The notes under the pieces are model-generated. The model saw only the letters and a list, made by a program, of their open reading frames with translations. It was not told the origin of the DNA and made no database searches. A stretch of DNA of 64,000 bases from a virus. Its lineage: Duplodnaviria; Heunggongvirae; Uroviricota; Caudoviricetes. This document shows positions 37,401 to 47,377 of this stretch, in pieces (the stretch's first letter is position 1; each line of letters starts with the position of its first letter). The position numbers were made by a program, and so were the translations under genes. The stretch lies in the IMG/VR virus record IMGVR_UViG_2675903313_000009. One strand, given 5' to 3'.

Positions 37401-39142
37401 ACGCTAAACAACTGGAAGTGTTGCAGTCAACGGTAGAGGAAAGCTCCGCTGCCGTTGAAGAAATGAAAAAGACGGTTGCAGAGGTCGATCGTGCCAGTGC
37501 AGAACTGACTACGAACATTGAGGCGTTAGCCAAAACAAATATTGACTTGGCTCTTCGTCAAGATGAAGACCAGCACAAGCAGATGGTCAATAACGCGAAG
37601 ATCGCAACAACACAGAAAACCTTTGCTGATGATATGTCTGCAATGGCCACGAAGGTTGAGGAAATTCGCGTAGAAATTGGCGAAGACATTAAGGCCAGTA
37701 TTCTGGAAGAGTCCACCGCTCGTGCCGATGGCGATGAAGCGTTGGCAAAGCGTGTCACTCAGCTGCAATCTAAGTTTGAAGGAGATATCAGCGCGGCGAT
37801 TAGTACAGAGCAGGAGGCTCGTACATCTGCCGATGAAGCTCTGACGACACAGATCACTCAGCTTGAGTCGAAAGTAAGCAACGATATCGTCGCAGCTATT
37901 AAGGAAGAGCAAGAAGCCCGAGCAACGGAAGATTCGGCTCTGGCAAGCCAGATCACCCAACTTCAGGCAAAGGTTGATGATGATATTTCTGCTGCAATAC
38001 GTAGTGAGCAGGAGGCCCGAGCAAGCGGGGACTCTGCGTTAGCCAAACAAATAAACCAGCTTCAGTCAAAGGTTGACGGTGATATATCCGCTGCCATCAC
38101 TCAGGAGCAGGAGGCCAGAGCAAGTGCTGACCAGGCGCTCTCACGAGAAATTAACAGCCTGCGAGCACAAACCGGAACTGATATTGCCGCAGCGGTTGCT
38201 GTAGAGACAAAAGCAAGGACTGATGCCGATAGTGCATTGTCTACCCAGATTACGTCTCTTACAGCAAAAGCTAATGATCTCAAGGCGTCTCTTGCCAGAG
38301 AAACAACGGCTCGTGCAGATGGTGATACCGCTTTAACAAAAGAGGTTTCAAGTTTAAAAGCACAGACAGCGAAAGATATTAGTGCGGCCGTTGCAGTTGA
38401 AACGCAGGCTCGAACTGATGCTGACTCGGCGTTGTCGTCTCAGATCACCAAGCTGACCTCTCAATACAAAGAGGATATTAAAGCGGCTGTAGCAACCGAA
38501 ACGAAAACGCGTACAGAGCAAGATGCTGCATTGGCAACTCAAATCACAAACTTAGAGTCTCAAACGGCAGCCAACATTTCCGCGGCGGTCACAACTGAAA
38601 CGACAGCGAGAACGCAGGCAGATAATGCTCTGAGTGGGCGAATCGATACTCTGAAAGCAGAGGTGAATGGAAATACCGCGACAATTCAACAGCAGGCAAC
38701 AGCTATTGCTGATACCAACAAAAAAGTGTCAACCGCGTGGACGTTGAAAATGGAGACTTCAACGAGCGGAGGGCAGAAGTATGTTGCCGGTATTGCGCTT
38801 GGTATTGACACCACTGGGCTATCTCAGTTTTTGGTTCAGGCGGACAGGTTTGGTTTGGTCAACTCTGTTAACGGGAAGATCACAACGCCATTTGTTATCG
38901 AAAACAGTATCGCCTATATGAATGGAGCGTATATCAAGGATGGCACAATCACCAATGCAAAAGTAGGCGATCTGCAATCTACCAATTTTGTTAGCGGTAG
39001 ATCTGGATGGCGGTTCGGCAAAAATGGAACGCTTGAGATCAACGGTAATAGCGGCGGCAATGGGCGATTGGTTATAAATGGTCAGCGGATTGACGTTTAT
39101 GACGATAACAACGTCCTACGAGTAAGAATTGGCCGTCTGTGA
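34412..39142 (+). CDS. Tail tip / host specificity protein (J-like) with long coiled-coil repeat domain
   Basis: 1576-aa ORF after I-like gene; about 11 tandem 28-aa repeats. Confidence 0.85.
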   Translation: MDMEQFKKKKLPLLIAGAGGKKSKSSSRTPVEADDTVNSRAMAAILDLLGEGVIGGLVNGAKSIFIDDLPILNEDGSSNFSGITWDFRDGSQDQTPMAGFDFVETPKSVNIQLKKTHDVTVSIDNDEADRVRVIMKFPSLRSVDKSSGDTNGTTVKYKFQIANADATFSDVVAEGEKSVDITLTAKKTGVYYRSHELKLPKPGRAYKVRVIRLTDDNSSQYLYNDTWVDSIGEIVDTPMNYPNSALVGLKVNSEQFGSTMPSRSYLVRGIKIRVPSNYNEYTNTYVGVWDGTFKLLSSSNPAWILYDLLTNTRYGLGQFVSESMIDLGQLYQIGRYCDEEVDDGFGGKEKRFAINTQITSRQDAYRLIQDIAGAFRGMVFWAGGMVNIMQDSPSDPVMMFTNSNVKDGLFTYKGSARKDRPSVALVTYNNKEDGYKQNIEYVEDQDAMRRYGERKTEVVAFGCTSRGQAHRVGLWLLYTARMESDVITFTAGLDASFLMPGETVLIQNKYRAGKRNSGRIVEFTKNSITLDAPVSLAKSGSFIRILNQEGKIVERDVLETGENITKVTFSKALSSAETPVLNGVWTITEPDLEPMRVRIVNIAQGETPGSFDITAVENNPSKYEAIDNGATLIPQNTTVLDPTYSKPSNLQITEGTYLSSPGNLSVKLTATWEGKSPEYWISWRRSDENNVSNWQSARVTEEQYEIVNVAENGRYDFQLYAVSFNGKKTEIISTVYQVLGTMTPPDAPTSLTAVGDYRNVILNWVNPDSVDLDHINVYASQTNNLDTAKLIAESASTTFTHAGLGDSETWYYWVRASNKRGMLSPPNSNLGTEAATRDVLSFLTGKITSSELGQALLEDINSKASQEAVDELNEHINQSVESLEGAVNDVKEDIAELDKQFSDNLANFEIKFNERSDALENAQTELKGEVSATIDKVNEAFEKIDATDAAIVEIENTVSEHDKALANTVEAIKAARDEAAALIAKESEARVEGDAANAKQLEVLQSTVEESSAAVEEMKKTVAEVDRASAELTTNIEALAKTNIDLALRQDEDQHKQMVNNAKIATTQKTFADDMSAMATKVEEIRVEIGEDIKASILEESTARADGDEALAKRVTQLQSKFEGDISAAISTEQEARTSADEALTTQITQLESKVSNDIVAAIKEEQEARATEDSALASQITQLQAKVDDDISAAIRSEQEARASGDSALAKQINQLQSKVDGDISAAITQEQEARASADQALSREINSLRAQTGTDIAAAVAVETKARTDADSALSTQITSLTAKANDLKASLARETTARADGDTALTKEVSSLKAQTAKDISAAVAVETQARTDADSALSSQITKLTSQYKEDIKAAVATETKTRTEQDAALATQITNLESQTAANISAAVTTETTARTQADNALSGRIDTLKAEVNGNTATIQQQATAIADTNKKVSTAWTLKMETSTSGGQKYVAGIALGIDTTGLSQFLVQADRFGLVNSVNGKITTPFVIENSIAYMNGAYIKDGTITNAKVGDLQSTNFVSGRSGWRFGKNGTLEINGNSGGNGRLVINGQRIDVYDDNNVLRVRIGRL
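37690..38650 (+). repeat. Tandem ~84-bp (28-aa) repeats inside the J-like gene
   Basis: Repeating (D)ISAAI..EQEARA..D.ALA.QI.QLQSKV units visible at DNA and protein level. Confidence 0.8.
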
Positions 39143-39177
39143 TGGTGGAAAAAAAAATTTATATCGGTAAAAATAGG

Positions 39178-39191
39178 TAAGTATTTACTTA
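39178..39191. promoter_or_regulatory. Palindromic TAAGTA..TACTTA motif copy
   Basis: taagtatttactta upstream of tail fibre gene. Confidence 0.4.
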
Positions 39192-39235
39192 ATGGCGGGC
39201 AAGGTTGGCCCGCCAAATCAAGGAGCATATTCAAC

Positions 39236-42200
39236 ATGTGGTACAGGGAAGGTACTATCACATTTACACAGGGTAGCAATACTCTGGTTGGGGCAGGGAC
39301 AGCCTGGAATGTAACAGCTAATGGTGTGTTGCCGGGGATGATCGTCATTGGCCCCGACAATAAGCTGTATGAGATCAAGCGCGTAATAAGCGATACGAAT
39401 ATTGTTCTCTCAGAACCTTATACCGGCGAAACTCAGTCTGAGGTTCCGTGCCGAATCATTACGACCTATGAAGGCGACTTAACACAGTTTAGCGCGCGCT
39501 TTACTGCGCTAATGTCGCGTATGTCGGCTGATTCCAAGTCCATACGCAGTTGGTTGACTGCGCTGGATGAGGTGACAATCGAGCGTGAAGACGGTACAGA
39601 AGTGACCGTTAAGCCGCTAATGCAGATCGTCAACGAGCACAACGAAAACGTTGAGTGGTATAAAAATAACACTGACGCGATTGATGCTGCTGGCGACAAA
39701 GCTCGTGAGGCGGCGGCCAGTGCTGCCGCAGCAGCAAAAAGCGCCAATGTCGCTGGAGAAAAAGCCTCTCAAGCGTCTCAAAGTGCATCCGCTGCGGCAT
39801 CCTCACAAAGTGCCGCAAGTGCGAGTGCAACTGCTGCGAAAAAATCTGAAACGAATGCTGCAGCGTCACAAAAATCTGCAGCCACTTCTGCATCCACCGC
39901 GACCACGAAGGCGTCAGAAGCTGCCACCTCAGCCCGGGATGCGGCGGCCTCAAAAGAGGCAGCGAAATCATCAGAAACGAGCGCTGCCTCGAGCGCCGGC
40001 AGTGCAGCTTCCTCGGCAACGGCGGCAGGAAATTCCGCGAAGGCCGCAAAAACGTCTGAGACGAATGCGGATAACAGCGCACAGGCGGCAGCAGACTCAC
40101 AAACTGCATCGGCAAACTCCGCGACAGCAGCCAAAAAATCAGAAACCAACGCGAAAAATAGTGAGGCAGCAGCAAAGGTCAGCGAAACCAACGCTAAAGC
40201 GTCAGAGAACAAGGCGAAAGAATATCTCGACAAGGTCGGGGGACTCGTCAGCCCGATGACGCAATACGATTGGCCCGTTGTTACTGGTAATGAGTCTTTT
40301 TACATAAAGATCGCGAAACTTTCCGATCCCGGAAGCAACAATTGCCATGTAACGCTAATGGTTACTAACGGCGGTGACTACGGCTCCCCTTACGGAAACA
40401 TTGACTTTATCGAGATCTCGGCGCGCGGTCTGCCTTCTTCGCTTACTGCTGATAATGTATCTCGTTACCTGAGTATACGCCGTTTAGGGCCAACCGGGCT
40501 AATCAATAGCATGCAAATGCGTTACGGCCTGGTTAAAGGTGATGGCTTTATTGAGGTTTGGGCCTTCCAGCGTGCATTTATCAACGGCGCAAAGGTTGCG
40601 GTACTGGCGCAGACGGCACGCACGGAATTATACATTCCAGACGGATTTGTTAAGCAAACCGCCGCGCCTTCTGGATATGTTGAAGGCAACGTTGTAAGGA
40701 TTTACGACCAGGTAAACAAGCCGTCGAAATCGGATGTTGGACTTGGCAACGTAACGAACGATGCGCAGGTAAAAAAAACCGGCGATACAATGACCGGTGG
40801 GCTTACTTTTGCAAACGACTCAATCCTTGCCTGGATTCGGAATACTGACTGGGCGAAGATTGGATTTAAAAATGATGCCGATGGTGACACTGATTCATAC
40901 ATGTGGTTTGAAACAGGCGACAACGGCAATGAATATTTCAAATGGAGAAGCCGCCAGAGCACCACAACAAAAGACCTGATGAATCTTAAATGGGATGCTT
41001 TGTCTGTTCTTGTTAAAGCCCTTTTCAGCAGTGAAGTAAAAATATCGACAGTCAATGCACTGAGGATTTTTAATTCATCCTTTGGTGCTATTTTTCGCCG
41101 TTCTGAAGAAAGCCTGTATATCATCCCTACACGAGAAAATGAGGGTGAAAATGGAGATATTGGGCCATTAAGGCCATTCAACATCAACTTAAGAACAGGA
41201 GTTGTGTCTGTTGGTCATGGACTAAATGTTACTGGTGGCGTTAATGGTAGTTTGAACGGTAATGCTTCAACAGCTACGAAGTTGCAGACTGCGCGTACTA
41301 TTAATGGGGTGTCGTTTGACGGTTCTAAAAACATTGAGCTAACTCCAAGGTCTATAGGAACGATCAACTCAGCAACAATGTCTTTTAGTGGTGGTGCCGG
41401 ATGGTTCAAGCTGGCAACTGTAACCATGCCACAGGCCAGTTCCGTGGTTTACATAAGCCTGATTGGTGGTGCAGGGTATAACGTTGGCGCCCCGCAGCAA
41501 GCAGGCATCTCTGAGCTGGTTCTGCGTGCCGGAAATGGAAATCCAAAGGGTATTACTGGTGCATTATGGCGACGGACATCGGTTGGATTTACTAATTTTG
41601 CATGGGTGAATACATCCGGTGATACCTATGATGTTTATGTTGAAATAGGTAATTACGCCACAGGTGTTAATATTCAGTGGGATTATACCAGTAACGCCAG
41701 CGTAACGATTCATACATCACCAACTTATACAGCGAATAAACCAACTGGTCTTACTGATGGAACGGTATATGTCATTTACAGTTCGCACATTAAACCGACC
41801 GCCACGGATGTCGGCGCATTACCAATAACCGGAGGAAATCTCAACGGCGGTTTAACGGCTACTGGTGAGATCATTTCAAAATCGGCGAATGGTCTGCGCA
41901 TTGCCTATGGCAACTATGGATTCTTTATCCGTAATGACGGCGGCAGCACATATTTCATGCTAACAGCATCAGGAGATACATTAGGTTCATGGAACGGTTT
42001 GCGACCTATTACAATTAATAATACCAGCGGTGCTGTATCAATTGGTAATGGACTAAATGTGACTGGTGGCGTAAATGGTAGTTTGAACGGTAATGCTTCA
42101 ACAGCTACGAAGTTGCAAACAGCGAGAAACATCAATGGTGTTAAGTTTGATGGTTCAGGCGATATCAATATTAATACATTGGTATCTCGTGGCCGAGTTA

Positions 42201-43150
42201 CGGCGTTAAGCGGCTCTACTCAAGGCACTGCTGGCATTCAAATGTATGAGGCGTACAACAATAGCTACCCGACCACGTATGGCAACGTATTGCACATGAA
42301 AGGTGCGAGTGCTGCTGGTGAGAGCGAGTTGCTTATTGGCTGGAGTGGTACGAGCGGTGCACATGCGCCAGTTTTCATTCGCTCACGAAGAGATAACACA
42401 GGTGCAGCATGGTCAGCGTGGGCGCAGGTATATACCGCTAAGGATTCAATCCCTGGTGTGAATACAACTGGTAATCAGAACACTACTGGTAATGCCGCAA
42501 CCGCCACAAAATTGCAGACAGCAAGGAAAATTGCTGGTGTGGCGTTTGATGGCTCTGCCGATATAACTTTGACTGCGGCTAACCTTAATGCTTACACGAA
42601 AACAGAGGTAGCAAACCTTCTAAGTTCCTATGCAAGCAGATCATCACTGACAGGCTATAGTGGCAACCTGGATATTGTTGCTGAAACACTGGTTGTCAAA
42701 TCAGGCGGTAGTGGAGGGTTTGCTATATGGGATATTGGCACAACTACTAGCGGTGCCAATATGTACATTGATCCAAACCCAGGTATCAATACAGTTTGGC
42801 GTTCAACGTCTTCAAGGCGCTATAAAAAGGATATTGAAACATTACAAGATCGATATGCTGATGAACTTTTGTCATTAAGACCTGTTTGGTATCGTTCAAT
42901 TTGTCGAGGTGACCGAAAGAATTGGGGGTATTACGGCCTTATTGCTGAAGAGGTTGGTGAGATTGCCCCGCAATATGTCCATTGGCGTGAACCAACAAAT
43001 AATGATTCTCCAGAAGATATTTCCTCAAATGGTATGGTCGCTGAAGGAGTGATGTATGAGCGTTTGGTTGTACCACTCATTCATCATATTCAGCAATTGA
43101 CCAAAAGGGTTGAGGAGCTTGAAACGAAGTTAAATTCACCTAAAGAATAA
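39236..43150 (+). CDS. Long tail fibre protein with Ala/Ser-rich region and C-terminal intramolecular chaperone (peptidase S74-like)
   Basis: Ala/Ser-rich low-complexity block; three internal repeats containing [13 protein letters not shown]; C-terminal segment resembles auto-cleaving fibre chaperone domains. Confidence 0.8.
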   Translation: MWYREGTITFTQGSNTLVGAGTAWNVTANGVLPGMIVIGPDNKLYEIKRVISDTNIVLSEPYTGETQSEVPCRIITTYEGDLTQFSARFTALMSRMSADSKSIRSWLTALDEVTIEREDGTEVTVKPLMQIVNEHNENVEWYKNNTDAIDAAGDKAREAAASAAAAAKSANVAGEKASQASQSASAAASSQSAASASATAAKKSETNAAASQKSAATSASTATTKASEAATSARDAAASKEAAKSSETSAASSAGSAASSATAAGNSAKAAKTSETNADNSAQAAADSQTASANSATAAKKSETNAKNSEAAAKVSETNAKASENKAKEYLDKVGGLVSPMTQYDWPVVTGNESFYIKIAKLSDPGSNNCHVTLMVTNGGDYGSPYGNIDFIEISARGLPSSLTADNVSRYLSIRRLGPTGLINSMQMRYGLVKGDGFIEVWAFQRAFINGAKVAVLAQTARTELYIPDGFVKQTAAPSGYVEGNVVRIYDQVNKPSKSDVGLGNVTNDAQVKKTGDTMTGGLTFANDSILAWIRNTDWAKIGFKNDADGDTDSYMWFETGDNGNEYFKWRSRQSTTTKDLMNLKWDALSVLVKALFSSEVKISTVNALRIFNSSFGAIFRRSEESLYIIPTRENEGENGDIGPLRPFNINLRTGVVSVGHGLNVTGGVNGSLNGNASTATKLQTARTINGVSFDGSKNIELTPRSIGTINSATMSFSGGAGWFKLATVTMPQASSVVYISLIGGAGYNVGAPQQAGISELVLRAGNGNPKGITGALWRRTSVGFTNFAWVNTSGDTYDVYVEIGNYATGVNIQWDYTSNASVTIHTSPTYTANKPTGLTDGTVYVIYSSHIKPTATDVGALPITGGNLNGGLTATGEIISKSANGLRIAYGNYGFFIRNDGGSTYFMLTASGDTLGSWNGLRPITINNTSGAVSIGNGLNVTGGVNGSLNGNASTATKLQTARNINGVKFDGSGDININTLVSRGRVTALSGSTQGTAGIQMYEAYNNSYPTTYGNVLHMKGASAAGESELLIGWSGTSGAHAPVFIRSRRDNTGAAWSAWAQVYTAKDSIPGVNTTGNQNTTGNAATATKLQTARKIAGVAFDGSADITLTAANLNAYTKTEVANLLSSYASRSSLTGYSGNLDIVAETLVVKSGGSGGFAIWDIGTTTSGANMYIDPNPGINTVWRSTSSRRYKKDIETLQDRYADELLSLRPVWYRSICRGDRKNWGYYGLIAEEVGEIAPQYVHWREPTNNDSPEDISSNGMVAEGVMYERLVVPLIHHIQQLTKRVEELETKLNSPKE
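41203..42570 (+). repeat. Three dispersed internal repeats in tail fibre gene
   Basis: [33 protein letters not shown] near 41215, 42055 and 42480. Confidence 0.7.
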
Positions 43151-43163
43151 ACAACTTCAATCG

Positions 43164-43186
43164 GGGCTGGAGCTAAACCAGCCCCT
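43164..43186 (+). terminator. Hairpin after tail fibre gene
   Basis: Stem ggggctgg/ccagcccc. Confidence 0.5.
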
Positions 43187-43210
43187 GCTTAAAAGTATAA
43201 GGATATATTT

Positions 43211-43465
43211 ATGAGCTATGGTGCACAGGTTTGGTCGCCATCAAGACAGGAGATGGTCAATGCGTTGGCCCCTGTTTATTACCTCGATTATTTTACTCCC
43301 TCTGGTTCAGGAAGTAGAACATATGAGGTTGAGGCGGGATTGGGAATCGACTATTACATAATGGACGTAACCAATGGAAAGTACACAAGTCTTACGGTTT
43401 CTGGAAATACCATTTCGTGGTCTGGAGCTAGTGGTAATTTAAACATATTGGTTTTTCAAAAATAA
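43211..43465 (+). CDS. Hypothetical protein (possible fibre accessory)
   Basis: 84-aa ORF downstream of fibre. Confidence 0.4.
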   Translation: MSYGAQVWSPSRQEMVNALAPVYYLDYFTPSGSGSRTYEVEAGLGIDYYIMDVTNGKYTSLTVSGNTISWSGASGNLNILVFQK

Positions 43466-44073
43466 TGTACGGAAGCAAGATATATCGATCTGACGGGAAG
43501 GTCTGGATGTCTCCTTCTTTGTCTCCTATCGTTTTTCAGAGAAAGCAGGTTGTTTCTTTGTCCGGCGGAACAGAGTTTAACACCAAAATATCTCCAGATC
43601 GTTCACCGATTATTTTTGTTGCCTATTCGAAAGCTGTTTCATTAATAGCCAACAGAATAGTGCGTAACAACCAGGTGATTTACAGTTTCGGAGGTCGGGG
43701 TAGCGACTCTAGTGCCACGATATACGTATTTTCGAAAGGTATAGCCAAAAAAGAAACTTGGGGCATGAGTTTTTTCAATGCACAAGGGGGGGAAATCTAT
43801 AATACGGCAAATATCCCACTTTCATTTACCTTTCTTAATAATACGGAGTGGAACAGCTCTGGAGGGCATGTTTTTGATTACCCTCCAGCGATAATCCCAA
43901 CATATGCGAATGTGTTCGCTGTTCCAGTACCGGGCGGAGCCATGACAATGGTTTATGGATATGCGGCGTATGGAAATACTGTTAGCTCGATATTCGTAAA
44001 CCAACTTAATGGCGGCCATAGTTTTAGCGTAAATGGCAGAGTACCGGTAATAAATAGAAATCTGTATAACTGA
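43465..44073 (+). CDS. Hypothetical protein (possible fibre assembly or adhesin)
   Basis: 202-aa ORF, start overlaps upstream stop. Confidence 0.45.
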   Translation: MYGSKIYRSDGKVWMSPSLSPIVFQRKQVVSLSGGTEFNTKISPDRSPIIFVAYSKAVSLIANRIVRNNQVIYSFGGRGSDSSATIYVFSKGIAKKETWGMSFFNAQGGEIYNTANIPLSFTFLNNTEWNSSGGHVFDYPPAIIPTYANVFAVPVPGGAMTMVYGYAAYGNTVSSIFVNQLNGGHSFSVNGRVPVINRNLYN

Positions 44074-44080
44074 TGAGTAA

Positions 44081-44314
44081 ATGATGAAAAGATTATTTCT
44101 AACAATAGCTGTTGTTCTCTCTCTTACTGGCTGCCAGAAATTGCCGACACCTATATGTTATGGTGAAGCTATCATTGGTGGACAGGAGACAGTCATACCC
44201 ATATATGCTGTTAAAAAAGTGAACGACTATACCTTATACAAAGCGGGTAGCATCTATAACTGGCGATGGGTTGGAGTAGGTGCTTTCTCATCAATCGGTT
44301 GCAATGCTGAATGA
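44081..44314 (+). CDS. Small lipoprotein
   Basis: Signal peptide with lipobox LTGC (MMKRLFLTIAVVLSLTGCQ). Confidence 0.6.
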   Translation: MMKRLFLTIAVVLSLTGCQKLPTPICYGEAIIGGQETVIPIYAVKKVNDYTLYKAGSIYNWRWVGVGAFSSIGCNAE

Positions 44315-44333
44315 TAGGTAAGTACACACCTAC
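44313..44333. promoter_or_regulatory. GATAGGTAAGTA motif copy
   Basis: gataggtaagtacacacctac. Confidence 0.35.
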
Positions 44334-44395
44334 AACAAAAGGGTGAAATGTGATATAAATCCGCCATCCCGATTTGACTTTTCATGGAGGAAAAC

Positions 44396-44719
44396 ATGTC
44401 GAACGAGATGGCGGGCGTTACAACAGAGCAAGTTGAGCGTATTGCCGCGATCGTTGCTCGGGAGGTTGTTGGCAAATTAGGTAAAGAGCTACGTGAAGAA
44501 ATTGGCCAGGAGGTCAATGATCAGCTGAAAACCTACTTTGGTGATATGACCCCGGCGCAACATAGTATTCAACACTCCAATCTGGACAAACTCCTTAACC
44601 GGTTAGATTCCATCTCAAGTGGGTTCTTTGGCGGCATTGTTTCTAAAATAACGTCGTTCATTATTACCGCACTGCTTTTGGGGTTAGCCGCGTATGGCGT
44701 AAAAAGTGGACTGCAATAA
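44396..44719 (+). CDS. Putative holin or lysis regulator
   Basis: Single C-terminal transmembrane segment; directly upstream of endolysin-position gene. Confidence 0.4.
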   Translation: MSNEMAGVTTEQVERIAAIVAREVVGKLGKELREEIGQEVNDQLKTYFGDMTPAQHSIQHSNLDKLLNRLDSISSGFFGGIVSKITSFIITALLLGLAAYGVKSGLQ

Positions 44720-44732
44720 CAGGAGATCAAGG

Positions 44733-45425
44733 ATGAAGACTCCGAGAGGCATTCGTAATAATAACCCCGGTAATCTTGATAAAGGATCACCGTGGCAAGG
44801 TCTGGTTGCGAATCCAGACGAACCGCGCTTTTGCACGTTTAAAGACCCTGTTTGGGGGATTCGTGCGCTGGCGGTGACTCTAATTACCTACCACGATAAA
44901 CGTCGCGCAAAAGACGGCTCAAGTATCGATACCATTCGTGAAGTTATTGAACGCTGGGCACCGCCGAATGAAAACAATACTGACGCCTACATTAATGAGG
45001 TGTCTAAAGCCGTTGGTGTAACCGCAGACATGATCATCGATCTGCATGATTACGACATCCTTCGACCTTTGGTTGAGGCAATCATTCGCCACGAGAATGG
45101 CCGAGGCCCGCTAAAAACGCTGAACACCTGGTATGCGGCAGAAGTTATTGAGGAAGGTCTGCGTCGAGCTGGCGTTGTTAAGCCGGTGAAAACCGTGAAG
45201 GCTGTTCCTGTAACTAAAGAAACCGCAGGCGCAACTGTTACAGCAGGTATTGGTCTGGCGCAGCTGGCCGATGTTATGCCGCAGGTTTCCGCTGCTATGG
45301 ATAAAGCACAAGGTCATATCTCTAGCGGGGATACAGTACGCATCATCTTCGGTATTGCCACTATTGTTGTGGCAGGATTCATTGCCTGGTCGCAGGTAAG
45401 AAAACACCAGAAAGGGATGGTCTAA
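44733..45425 (+). CDS. Putative endolysin (by position), C-terminal hydrophobic segment
   Basis: AGGAG RBS; lies between holin-like and spanin genes; enzymatic family not assignable. Confidence 0.45.
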   Translation: MKTPRGIRNNNPGNLDKGSPWQGLVANPDEPRFCTFKDPVWGIRALAVTLITYHDKRRAKDGSSIDTIREVIERWAPPNENNTDAYINEVSKAVGVTADMIIDLHDYDILRPLVEAIIRHENGRGPLKTLNTWYAAEVIEEGLRRAGVVKPVKTVKAVPVTKETAGATVTAGIGLAQLADVMPQVSAAMDKAQGHISSGDTVRIIFGIATIVVAGFIAWSQVRKHQKGMV

Positions 45426-45426
45426 T

Positions 45427-45678
45427 ATGCTAGGCAGCCTGATGACAAAGCTAAAAGTTGCTTTGATTACGCTGGCTGCCGTTCTTTTCGTTCTGGTCGG
45501 CGCTTACACGATGGGCGGAAATGCGGCGCGACGAGCAATGGAAGAGAAGGCAAAACAGGAAGACAGGAAACGACTTCAAAGCACAGTGGATGTCAAAAAT
45601 GAAACGGTTAATGAAGTGCGGCAAAAAGATGCCTCTGGTGTTCATCGCGAGCTGTTTGATAAATGGGTGCGTGATTAA
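45427..45678 (+). CDS. Inner-membrane spanin (Rz-like)
   Basis: N-terminal TM helix then charged helical region. Confidence 0.6.
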   Translation: MLGSLMTKLKVALITLAAVLFVLVGAYTMGGNAARRAMEEKAKQEDRKRLQSTVDVKNETVNEVRQKDASGVHRELFDKWVRD

Positions 45679-45826
45679 GACGCAGGCTCCAGGCGTGCTA
45701 TTCTGCGATGCTGCAAATCCTATCTATGTGAGTAGAGAGGATTTTATGACTGAGGAAACGGAGCGACAGTTGCTTATCCACAATACGATAGGTGAAAGGC
45801 TGTGTGAGTGGGGGCACCTGAACTGA
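45599..45826 (+). CDS. Outer-membrane lipoprotein spanin (Rz1-like), overlapping Rz in +1 frame
   Basis: Lipoprotein signal ending LINGC; overlaps Rz 3' half and extends beyond it. Confidence 0.5.
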   Translation: MKRLMKCGKKMPLVFIASCLINGCVIKTQAPGVLFCDAANPIYVSREDFMTEETERQLLIHNTIGERLCEWGHLN

Positions 45827-46050
45827 GTCGATGATTGATGAGTGGTCTCAGTTTACCTTTTATCCTAAAGATGGCATCTTCACTCATATACACGCCTGTT
45901 CACTCAAGCTCATGTTGAATCATTTAGTAATTTGATGTAGATTTATTAGGCATCCACGTAAGTGGGCACATACAGGCTACGCATCCTCGTAGCCTTCAAC
46001 CCCGAGAGGGGTGCCGCAATGACACTTGTGTTAACGGCTAAGGTGGATAT

Positions 46051-46470
46051 ATGCTAAATTATCATGACAATACGCGTTCTATGCAGACGATCCGCACCAA
46101 TACTGCGGTCATCGACAGCTTTCCTATGCGTATTCACAACAGTGAAGACGCAGTAGAAGTGCGACGTATGTTGTGCCGTGAATCAGCTAACCGCCAGCAC
46201 TTCATCGTCACTTTTAAGAGCGATGTGGCGCGTGCCGAAAAGATCTCTAATTCTACGTCACTGGTTAAACCGTTGGCCGAGGTTGTCGCTAACGGTAAAC
46301 GAACCTCTTTTGTTTTAGATGTTGCTGAACAATATCCTGACTTGAAGTGTTTAGATCGTGATATTTCTTCACGAATCAAACAAGTTGTAGAGTCTTTTAT
46401 GAAGAAATTCTGTAAAATCGATGATATGGAACCATCAACGGCACAGAATACTTCATGGCACCATCTCTAA
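46051..46470 (+). CDS. Hypothetical protein
   Basis: 139-aa ORF. Confidence 0.45.
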   Translation: MLNYHDNTRSMQTIRTNTAVIDSFPMRIHNSEDAVEVRRMLCRESANRQHFIVTFKSDVARAEKISNSTSLVKPLAEVVANGKRTSFVLDVAEQYPDLKCLDRDISSRIKQVVESFMKKFCKIDDMEPSTAQNTSWHHL

Positions 46471-47228
46471 TTGGTCAGGCGAACAGATTAATCCCTGAAA
46501 TAGAAGACTACAGCAAGGTCTTGTCTGAAATGCCGAGAGCGACGAGAATTATCGCTCTCGGTGAGTTCTATTTTATCTCCCGAGGTTTCGATCTAATTCG
46601 ATTTACCGAATACGAGCTTGTTGATTCGGCCTATGAACGCTGTATTGTTGGCGAGTGTCTTGAGTCATGTGATCCTGATTACCAAGAGCAGGAAGTTAAG
46701 CGACTCAAACGTGCTGGTTACACACCTCTTGAGATAGGAGCAGAAATTGAATCCTACAAGTTGCATGTGGGGCAGCCAGTCCAAACAGTCTTCCGCGTGG
46801 CCTACTGCGAGTTTCCAATCAAGGATAAATCTGGAGTAAAAGTCAGCGCCAAGCAGATTAGAGGGGTTTTTACTCATGCTGATTATATGGGATTAGGCAT
46901 CGCAAGTTTTGCTTACCTTTATCTCGTAGATAAGTATCAGTACTTGGTTTGCGATACGTTACAGACGGTAAAAGGCGCAACTCTTTGGGCTGTGAGTATG
47001 CGCAAACATGGACTGGTCGAAATTTACGATACGAAGAACGAAAATTTTATAGAGGAATTGGGTGAGGATGCCTGTGGCGTAAGTGGTTTTATTCCGTGGG
47101 ATATCGGTAAGTCTGACGGAGGCCAGATGCGAAGACGTGAAGAGTGGGGGACTAATAAAATCAATCTCACCCCAGGTGCTTGTACTCATATAGTGAACAT
47201 TCTGACTAAACGATCTATGAATCAATAA
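46455..47228 (+). CDS. Hypothetical protein with possible GNAT-like motif
   Basis: HADYMGLGIAS weakly resembles acetyltransferase motif A; overlaps upstream gene. Confidence 0.45.
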   Translation: MAPSLIGQANRLIPEIEDYSKVLSEMPRATRIIALGEFYFISRGFDLIRFTEYELVDSAYERCIVGECLESCDPDYQEQEVKRLKRAGYTPLEIGAEIESYKLHVGQPVQTVFRVAYCEFPIKDKSGVKVSAKQIRGVFTHADYMGLGIASFAYLYLVDKYQYLVCDTLQTVKGATLWAVSMRKHGLVEIYDTKNENFIEELGEDACGVSGFIPWDIGKSDGGQMRRREEWGTNKINLTPGACTHIVNILTKRSMNQ

Positions 47229-47250
47229 ACCCGCTACGGCGGGTTTTTTG
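47229..47250 (+). terminator. Rho-independent terminator
   Basis: Stem acccgc/gcgggt then T6. Confidence 0.85.
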
Positions 47251-47325
47251 TTATTAAGCCCCCCCTATGTACCTATCATTAAACCTTTACACCGCAGCCG
47301 TAGGCATTTAGGCTATATCACATAT

Positions 47326-47348
47326 AAGAAAACAAGTTGTTTCAGACG
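47326..47348 (+). promoter_or_regulatory. Early operator motif copy upstream of parA-like gene
   Basis: taagaaaacaagttgtttcagacg. Confidence 0.5.
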
Positions 47349-47377
47349 ATAATTATATACGCAAAGGGAACTCTCCA

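Noticed and set aside
39466-40259. Overlapping ORFs on both strands in alternative frames within the tail fibre gene
   Set aside because: They are open only because the fibre has a GC-rich Ala/Ser-coding low-complexity region; translations are Arg/Pro/Gln-rich and lack starts with ribosome-binding sites.
37690-42570. Diversity-generating retroelement targeting the tail fibre or J-like repeats
   Set aside because: No reverse transcriptase gene and no template-repeat/variable-repeat pair with adenine-specific differences; the repeats are in-frame coiled-coil or structural repeats.
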